This document shows positions 57,564-64,000 of a stretch of 64,000 nucleotides of DNA, one piece after another. Where the stretch lies: assembly GCA_050010755.1 (NCBI GenBank), contig JBEKKK010000002.1, positions 1 to 64,000 on the forward strand, in the 5' to 3' direction. This DNA is from Candidatus Bathyarchaeia archaeon (GTDB lineage: Archaea > Thermoproteota > Bathyarchaeia > Bathyarchaeales > Bathycorpusculaceae). The number at the start of each line of letters is the position of its first letter. Within the stretch, counting starts at the first letter, position 1. The notes beneath the pieces are model-generated. The model saw only the letters and a list, made by a program, of their open reading frames with translations. It did no database searches and was not told the DNA's origin. Made by a program: the position numbers and the translations under genes.

Positions 57564-57695
57564 AAGTGCATCGCGCGCGCCCGGTATGCACCGAAAAGCC
57601 CCGATGGCTAACAAACAATCCCTTAAGAAGTCAGAAGTTGCGAAGGGTTATTTGACAAATCTGAAGTTTAATTAGGCATTTGCAACTATTCTTTC

Positions 57696-58643
57696 TTGGA
57701 GAGGACTGGTTTGGCACATAACCTACTTCGCAAAACGATTGTAGCTGTTCTCATTACAATGCTTCTTATCCTCATAAGTTCGACAATCGTGATAGCTTCG
57801 ATGCCTATCGAAAGCTTTCCTATCAGAGGCACGTTCACGTACAACGTATGGGTTGAGCCAGACTACGAGGCCAACGTCGACCCTGTTTCATTTGTCTACT
57901 CCATTTCGTCTGTTGCCTTCAGCTACGGTTCGTACTGGGATGTTACTACTCCTGTTTATCAGTCTTTACCGATGGACAGGCTGAGAATCTTTCCGGACAC
58001 GTTAGAAGACGACCTTTTGGGTGTGGGTAATGGATCGCCCCTTGCTGACGATGACAACTTTCACGTCGCCGTCTCGTACTCTTGGCTGAATACTCGAAAC
58101 AGTTCGTCCAATTCTCCCGTGAGCGGCACTTATTGGGTTGCCAATTCCAGAGGAATCACTCCTCCAGATGGAAATGATGAAGGATACCAATTTCCAACGG
58201 TTGTAGTTGACTTGAACGATATTATCTCCAGATCAAACGTCATAAACGACACGTTAACCCTGACATGGAGCCTTAATTTCGGTCGATTAATAGCCACCTT
58301 TGACACTCACCCGCCCCAGCAGGGCTTCATGAAATCTGCATGGATAGATCAAACCTATGTGCAAGATTATACACTGTACGTGCAGGTTGTAAACGGAACT
58401 GCAATCACAGTGACGGCCAGCAACGAAACGACAGGCATTTCATACTCCTCAGCCCCGGGCATCCTCTTCAACACTACAGAATGGGTTTATCAGGATTCAC
58501 TGGACATTCCAAACCCAACTGTCCTGCAGGCGAAAGAAGACATTCCTATTCTTTTGGCAGCAAGCTTCATTCTAGCATGCGCAATTCCGATAGCTCAATA
58601 CTATCCAAGACCGAAGCAAACGCCCGTACCAGAACCTGGCTAG
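57696..58643 (+). CDS. Hypothetical secreted, membrane-anchored protein
   Basis: N-terminal signal/TM, sequons and C-terminal TM. Confidence 0.7.
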   Translation: MERTGLAHNLLRKTIVAVLITMLLILISSTIVIASMPIESFPIRGTFTYNVWVEPDYEANVDPVSFVYSISSVAFSYGSYWDVTTPVYQSLPMDRLRIFPDTLEDDLLGVGNGSPLADDDNFHVAVSYSWLNTRNSSSNSPVSGTYWVANSRGITPPDGNDEGYQFPTVVVDLNDIISRSNVINDTLTLTWSLNFGRLIATFDTHPPQQGFMKSAWIDQTYVQDYTLYVQVVNGTAITVTASNETTGISYSSAPGILFNTTEWVYQDSLDIPNPTVLQAKEDIPILLAASFILACAIPIAQYYPRPKQTPVPEPG

Positions 58644-58772
58644 TGCATCTGGATTTCTGCTCGTCGCAAACCAGCAAATTTGTTCCGGCTTAGGGCGAAG
58701 AAGCTTCATTCTCGATACGAGAAAATCTTATACAGTGCAACGTTGCTTTGTCATCATTGATCAAGCAAAAAG

Positions 58773-59339
58773 GTGGGGTCGACGGCGAGAAAACTCCCTC
58801 GTAGATACATTGGCATCGCAGTTATTCTTGTCTTGGTTGCCGTTTTTGGCGCAGAAGTTTACGCACATAATTACGTGCAGGTTGCCACCTTGCCAGTTGT
58901 AACGGCCGATTATGCCCTAAGTCATCTGAGAGCAATGAATATCGCGATAAATGATACATACATATTTTCAAGTAACGGGGCCACGTGGTTGCTGGTATTA
59001 TCATTGTATAGAATTTCAAATCCAGGGGCCGTTTTGCTGTACGTTTTCAAAATTCAAGAAAATACAACTTTTTTCACTCAGAGCGTTGACCTCGTGGGCG
59101 TAAGTTTTGACGTTTCATCTCGACCCATGAATATCGTTCTCCCATACTCGAGCATTAGCTTCGGACTCAACGATGGCAACAGCAGTATTCTTCTTGCGCA
59201 ATATACGGTCAGCTCTCCAGGAACCTTTTATTTTGATTTTGCCTTCACCTTCAAGACTTACGAAAAGACACTAGTTGGCATTCTGTCAAGTGGCAAAATG
59301 ACTGTTCTCTTCACAGAAAACATTGCTATTCCAGAATAG
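58773..59339 (+). CDS. Hypothetical membrane-anchored protein
   Basis: Basic N-terminus, TM helix and beta-rich domain. Confidence 0.65.
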   Translation: MGSTARKLPRRYIGIAVILVLVAVFGAEVYAHNYVQVATLPVVTADYALSHLRAMNIAINDTYIFSSNGATWLLVLSLYRISNPGAVLLYVFKIQENTTFFTQSVDLVGVSFDVSSRPMNIVLPYSSISFGLNDGNSSILLAQYTVSSPGTFYFDFAFTFKTYEKTLVGILSSGKMTVLFTENIAIPE

Positions 59340-59431
59340 CGCGAGGCTGTCGCCAATAACTTAACAGTATCAGCAGACAGATAAGATTTAATTTAGGTCT
59401 GTAAACTAGGATAGAGCGATAGATCTTTAAA

Positions 59432-59519
59432 GCGGGGGTTGCCAAGCATGGTCAAAGGCGTAGGCCTGAGGCGCCTATCCTGTAGGGGTTCGTGGGTTCA
59501 AATCCCACCCCCCGCACCA
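59432..59519 (+). tRNA. tRNA-Leu(GAG)
   Basis: GCGGGGG/CCCCCGC acceptor stem, TAGGC-CTGAGGC-GCCTA anticodon arm, long variable arm, GGTTCAAAT, encoded CCA. Confidence 0.97.
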
Positions 59520-60445
59520 TCATTGAACACCCCGCTGTTAATGAGATTCTGACCAAATATCTGAACTATTTGCTATGCAAGAAAGCCTTGAAGCCAACTA
59601 CCATCAAGCGAAAAGTCAAGACAATCAAGAGCCTTTTGAAACACGGTGTTGAACTGCCTAATCCAGACAATGTGATAGCCTTCTTGAATACTAGTGGTTG
59701 GGCTAGTGGAACTAAGGACATCACGATTGACGCTTATCGAGACTATCTGAATATGCTGGGATTGACAGAGGTCAAGTTGCCTCACATTAGAAGAGAGGAG
59801 ACTTTGCCTTTTGTTCCGTTGGAAGAAGAACTGGATTCCGTCATTTCAAGTGTTAGAACGAAGATGGCAACGTTTCTCAGGGTGCTGAAAGATACGGGTG
59901 CTCGACCTATTGAGGCTTGGACGTTGAAATGGACTGACATTAGCACAACTGCTAAGTGTGTTACTATTACGCCAGCAAAATACAGTCACGCAAGGAAACT
60001 CGGCATTACGGAGCAGACATTGAATATGCTTCTAGCCCTGCCAAAGAAGAACCAATACGTTTTTTCCTCAAGCGGTCAAAGAGACAGATTCGCTGATGAA
60101 CTGGAGCATTTCGCTATCAATTTTGTCAAAGCAAGAACCAGAGTAGCAAATAAGATGCAAAACCCTCGAATCAGGTTGATAAGTCTTAGGACTTTTAGAC
60201 ATTGGAAAGCCACAATGCTCTACCACAGAACAAAAGACATTCTGTTTGTCAAGGAAAGTCTTGGGCACGTCAACATTCAGAATACGCTAAGATACATCCA
60301 TTTAGCAAACGCTGTTGCGACTATTCAGGACGAATATGTGTGCAAGGCGGCTAAGACAATCGAAGACGCATCGCAATTGATTGAGAACGGATTTGAGTAT
60401 ATCTGTGACCTTGATGATGCGAGATTATTCAGGAAAAGGAAGTGA
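59492..60445 (+). CDS. Tyrosine integrase, probable Int(C) fragment of SSV-type split integrase
   Basis: Frame begins inside the tRNA 3' half (GSNPTPRT); TGARPIE, TFRH, LGH and TLRY motifs. Confidence 0.88.
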   Translation: MGSNPTPRTIIEHPAVNEILTKYLNYLLCKKALKPTTIKRKVKTIKSLLKHGVELPNPDNVIAFLNTSGWASGTKDITIDAYRDYLNMLGLTEVKLPHIRREETLPFVPLEEELDSVISSVRTKMATFLRVLKDTGARPIEAWTLKWTDISTTAKCVTITPAKYSHARKLGITEQTLNMLLALPKKNQYVFSSSGQRDRFADELEHFAINFVKARTRVANKMQNPRIRLISLRTFRHWKATMLYHRTKDILFVKESLGHVNIQNTLRYIHLANAVATIQDEYVCKAAKTIEDASQLIENGFEYICDLDDARLFRKRK

Positions 60446-60450
60446 GAACA

Positions 60451-60546
60451 ATGACTGAGCGAGAACAGATTATTGAGTTACTGAAAGAAATCAGCAAGAA
60501 ACTTGACGAAGCAAATTCGCTCTTGAACCAAATCGCCTTTAAATAA
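60451..60546 (+). CDS. 31-aa coiled-coil micro-protein
   Basis: MTEREQIIELLKEISKKLDEANSLLNQIAFK, 5 nt after the integrase stop and followed by a T-tract. Confidence 0.5.
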   Translation: MTEREQIIELLKEISKKLDEANSLLNQIAFK

Positions 60547-60976
60547 TAGCCCCACTTTTTTCCATTTTCGTTTTTCTAGTCTATTTCCCAGTTGTAACTT
60601 TTTCTGCAAAACCGAAAACTGGCGTGAAAGGACTGAAAAGAAACTATCAGCAACCATATTCAGCCATCAATTCAAGCTATCATACACTTCGATGATGCAT
60701 TAACACTTTTTGTTAAGTAGTCTCCATCATCTCAACGTAGATTTTCTGTCTTTTCCCTATCTTATATAATTCATTAGTTGTTGAGTATAGTATCGATGAT
60801 TGATGTAGTTACTAGGTTAATCACTATTACAATTCTAACTAACAGTAACTGACTACCTAACTGACTGATAACTAACAAAAACTGTAAATACAGCATCGAA
60901 AAAGTGACGGGTTCGCTTTTGTCTGTTGTGTTGGTGTGGATGTTAAAAGAAATATTCGTGCGTTTAACACTTTTTG

Positions 60977-61657
60977 TTAATGAATGACTTGAAGGTAGCT
61001 GGGCTTTAGACGTGTCTGTTGCTTTGGTTGCAAGAATCTGTTACCATAGTATTCCTTTTTCAGCCAGTAGAAATTCCTGATGAGTTTGCCTTTCGCTTTT
61101 TGTTCTTGTGCAGGAGTCAGTATTTGCATCCCTAAACCGTGGACTTTCCAGCCGTGTTTATTGAGATAAAGGCGGAGTGATTTTCTAGGCTTGAAACTGA
61201 AAAGGACAATCTTGTGCCTGTGGTTGAGGGGATACCGTCTTTTTATGACGTTCTTGTCAAGCCAATCCTCTGAAACTGTATGGTCAACTTGTTTCTTGCT
61301 CAGGTTTTTGCATTCGATGACCACATCAATTCTCGGTATGGTTATGTCTGCTCGCTTGTTTTGGTAGCAGGGATACGTGTTATCGAAAGGGTTATGATTG
61401 TGCGGTATCTTCAAAGAGTATAAGGCTGTGCTAACTGCCCTTTCCAGCAACAAGCCCTTAATGTCGTTTCTGTTGAGCCGTTTTCCCATAGCAAGACGTT
61501 TCAATTCAAGCTGAGACATCTTACACACTAGGGGTTGCGCACCTTGCTTCACACAGCACCTACAACATATACCAATACGGCAGACTGACCCACTATCAAG
61601 AGTTATCCTAGTATATTCTTGTCCGCATACTGTGCACTTGTAGTCTATTATGTTCAT
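60977..61657 (-). CDS. PD-(D/E)xK nuclease-like protein with N-terminal Cys motifs
   Basis: GLLLERAV...ADI...VIECKN; CTVC and CCRCC. Confidence 0.65.
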   Translation of the reverse strand: MNIIDYKCTVCGQEYTRITLDSGSVCRIGICCRCCVKQGAQPLVCKMSQLELKRLAMGKRLNRNDIKGLLLERAVSTALYSLKIPHNHNPFDNTYPCYQNKRADITIPRIDVVIECKNLSKKQVDHTVSEDWLDKNVIKRRYPLNHRHKIVLFSFKPRKSLRLYLNKHGWKVHGLGMQILTPAQEQKAKGKLIRNFYWLKKEYYGNRFLQPKQQTRLKPSYLQVIH

Positions 61658-62267
61658 TGGGCTTGGATAGACTGCCGTTCGGTTATGTAATTTATGAATA
61701 GAGAATCAGTTTAACAAAAATTGTTTTAACAAAAGTATATTTGCATAAAGGGTTTGGTAAGTCGAAAAACCGTAGTGGTTGCTCGCTTAAAGTCTCATAA
61801 AAAAGATACTATTATCAATTTGGGGTCTATTCATTGAAAGAAACTTGCTGTGGATTCTATAAACTACTCTCTCAGCCCAACAACCCCTATTTCCTTTTGG
61901 CTGGCTAAAAAGCCGTTTGTGAAAAGATGCTTATGGAATGGGGGATTTCGGTTCTTGCGTCAAATATGGCGTAAGTCGCCTTTGAAATCGAATGGGAATC
62001 GGCTAGAAAATGGCTGCAAAAAGCCAGTTTAAAAATTCCAGCTTAAAAATCAAATTTTTCGAAAAATCGCCGCTATGTACTCTCTTTCCCTTCAACCAGT
62101 TTATCTCCCCTGCCTTCTGTCACCCTAGCCAAATCATTTGGTCATACGTCCGTGTATGCTTGAAATGGTGCTGGATAGTGGATGGTATTAACAATTATTG
62201 ATAAGTGATATAGAGGTTGATTGGTTCCTTTCGCCTTTCCTCTATCAACTTGTATTTCTCATTCTTA

Positions 62268-63221
62268 TCAGAGGTGTTCTTGCTCTGCAAATTGTTGTAT
62301 CTGGTTAATGTAGTCCTTTGTTTTGTCATATAAAAAGTACGGGTCAGTATTGTTTGCTGTCCCATCATAATGAGGTTCAATCTCTGTTCTTTCAACATAC
62401 TCGTTCCACGAAGTTATCATTATAGTGTCAATCCTTCCATCTTTCCAGAGTTTTATGGCATTTTCCCACTCTTTATCGTAAGTTCCTTGAGTCAAGTTAG
62501 GGTCAACTACACAACTGGGCGTTCTGTAACGAGAATCATCAAATCTGGGAGTTACGCTGATTTCATTGGTATAGGGCACACGGCTCGGTTGCACGTAATA
62601 GTCCAAATCAGTATAAACCCATTGGACGTAGGGTGATTGCCCCACGAGAACGGTATTGAACCTTCTGTCCAGTGGAATGGAACCATTATCAGTCAAGTTC
62701 TCGTCATTAAAGAAACAAATCAAAGGCATAGTAGTGTAATTGTAGTAAATCGAAGAATAAGGCACAACGAATTCATCGTAAATATGGTCGTAGATTCCGC
62801 TATAATCATAGGAGTTGCCTGTCTTGTTGAAAGGTTCAACCATAATGGCAAATTTCAAATTAGTCATATTGTCTTCTGCTACCTCGAAAACCTGTTTTGT
62901 CGCATTATCAATGAACTGCTCATACGGAGAATAGAACCCCCACCAAGAAATCACAACGAAATCAATACCTGCGTCTTTCATCCAAATAAGTTGTTGTTTT
63001 ATTACCGTGGCGTTGGAACTGCTGTAATTACCCAAAACGGGATAGTCAATGAACTTTGAGGCGTTCCAATTGTCTGAGTCAGGGGCACCGTACCAAAGAT
63101 AATAGAAGATTCCGATTTTAGGAGCGACAACCTTTGAAGGCGGGGGGAGAGTTATCAAATAAGCGACAAAAGCACTCACAATCACTATACAAATCAAGAC
63201 TGCAACTAGCCACCGCTTCAT
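62268..63221 (-). CDS. GH99-like glycoside hydrolase with N-terminal anchor
   Basis: FYYLWYG, AGIDFVVISWW and ITSWNEYVERTEIEP motifs. Confidence 0.82.
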   Translation of the reverse strand: MKRWLVAVLICIVIVSAFVAYLITLPPPSKVVAPKIGIFYYLWYGAPDSDNWNASKFIDYPVLGNYSSSNATVIKQQLIWMKDAGIDFVVISWWGFYSPYEQFIDNATKQVFEVAEDNMTNLKFAIMVEPFNKTGNSYDYSGIYDHIYDEFVVPYSSIYYNYTTMPLICFFNDENLTDNGSIPLDRRFNTVLVGQSPYVQWVYTDLDYYVQPSRVPYTNEISVTPRFDDSRYRTPSCVVDPNLTQGTYDKEWENAIKLWKDGRIDTIMITSWNEYVERTEIEPHYDGTANNTDPYFLYDKTKDYINQIQQFAEQEHL

Positions 63222-63335
63222 TCTCTCCCTCAAGCTCCATTTTCTGTTGCTGTGCAGATTAAAGATTTCTGTGTTTGAGTATTTGCAGAAGTAGTTATAA
63301 GAGCAAAATGCCATAGGGTTGAATAGTGACGGAAG

Positions 63336-63614
63336 TTGACAAAGAGAGTTGACATATATCATCATTCAGCGAAGGACACCTCTGACACTAAACCTTGTGC
63401 TTGGTGTAAAGGCAAGGGCACGTTAGCCAACAGCATTACAGGTTCGAGAAAGACTTGTGATGTTTGTGGCGGAACAGGCTGGAACGCATTTCACGGAACA
63501 GTAAAAGTTTGTGGAACGTGTAGTGGCACGGGTTCAAAAGGAACAACACTTGTAATGAGCAATCGCATCAGATGTCCTATTTGCCGCGGCAAAGGCTATA
63601 ATGAAATTGGTTGA
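63336..63614 (+). CDS. Stand-alone DnaJ-type zinc finger protein
   Basis: Four CxxCxGxG repeats and no J domain. Confidence 0.75.
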   Translation: MTKRVDIYHHSAKDTSDTKPCAWCKGKGTLANSITGSRKTCDVCGGTGWNAFHGTVKVCGTCSGTGSKGTTLVMSNRIRCPICRGKGYNEIG

Positions 63615-63680
63615 AGAGCAGAAGAGGATGAGAAACTCATAGAGCTGGATACTGCAAATATAAGGGTGGTGTATTAGAGG

Positions 63681-64000
63681 ATGATAGACCCACTCCTAAT
63701 TCCAATACTGCTGGTAATACTGATAGTGTTTGGCATTCCATTTTTTATTGGATTTAAGGTTGCAGACTCGATAAACAAAAAGTACAGATTAAAGACTGCT
63801 ATTGTAGTTTGGTATTTAATTCCTAACTCTATAATTTTTGTTATTCCAATCTTAGTCTTCAATAAATTTTGGACTATGACGGCATTATTAACCCGTTCGC
63901 TGATGCTTGTAGGGTTTCTTTCCATCTTTACGATACCAATTTGGTTGATTGGAACAGCATTATTAGTTCACAGGAATCGTGAATATAAGAAAACAGCCAC
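63681..64000 (+). CDS. Hypothetical membrane protein, partial
   Basis: MIDPLLIPILLVILIVFGIPF... open to the window edge, three TM segments. Confidence 0.6.
   Translation, partial: MIDPLLIPILLVILIVFGIPFFIGFKVADSINKKYRLKTAIVVWYLIPNSIIFVIPILVFNKFWTMTALLTRSLMLVGFLSIFTIPIWLIGTALLVHRNREYKKTA

Larger units (their letters stand above)
59490..64000. mobile_element. Integrated element inserted at tRNA-Leu, continuing beyond the window
   Basis: Integrase overlapping the tRNA 3' end, followed by AT-richer DNA with orphan ORFs. Confidence 0.8.

Noticed and set aside
63674-63925. Minus-strand 83-aa ORF
   Set aside because: Shadow of a more plausible + strand membrane protein starting at 63681.

Overview
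Archaeal chromosomal window. Gene style and content (DUF4760 paralogs, a PEF-CTERM beta-helix protein, archaeosortase, PCNA/priL/priS/GINS/MCM/RFC block) fit Bathyarchaeia/TACK, which is an inference. Layout: a tyrosine-integrase element running off the left edge; an accessory stretch (1.4-14 kb); tRNA-Gly; nitrogen metabolism genes; a core replication/translation cluster (21-40 kb) interrupted by a glycosyltransferase insert; RNA-processing, SHMT, RpoP, Trm112 and sugar-nucleotide genes; and a second integrated element starting at tRNA-Leu with an SSV-type split integrase (59.4 kb to the right edge). The most striking unexplained signal is a ~75-100 bp intergenic repeat found 12 times, often in clusters with ~180-190 bp period. 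It consists of CAACATGG, TTACA boxes at 13-bp spacing, a TTACATCWGATGTAA palindrome, an A-tract and GGGAGGGG. All six left copies are on + and all six right copies are on -. Most copies or clusters sit in a kb-scale zone of strong strand-specific A/C versus G/T bias that ignores gene direction. The leftmost copy is truncated where the integrase element begins.
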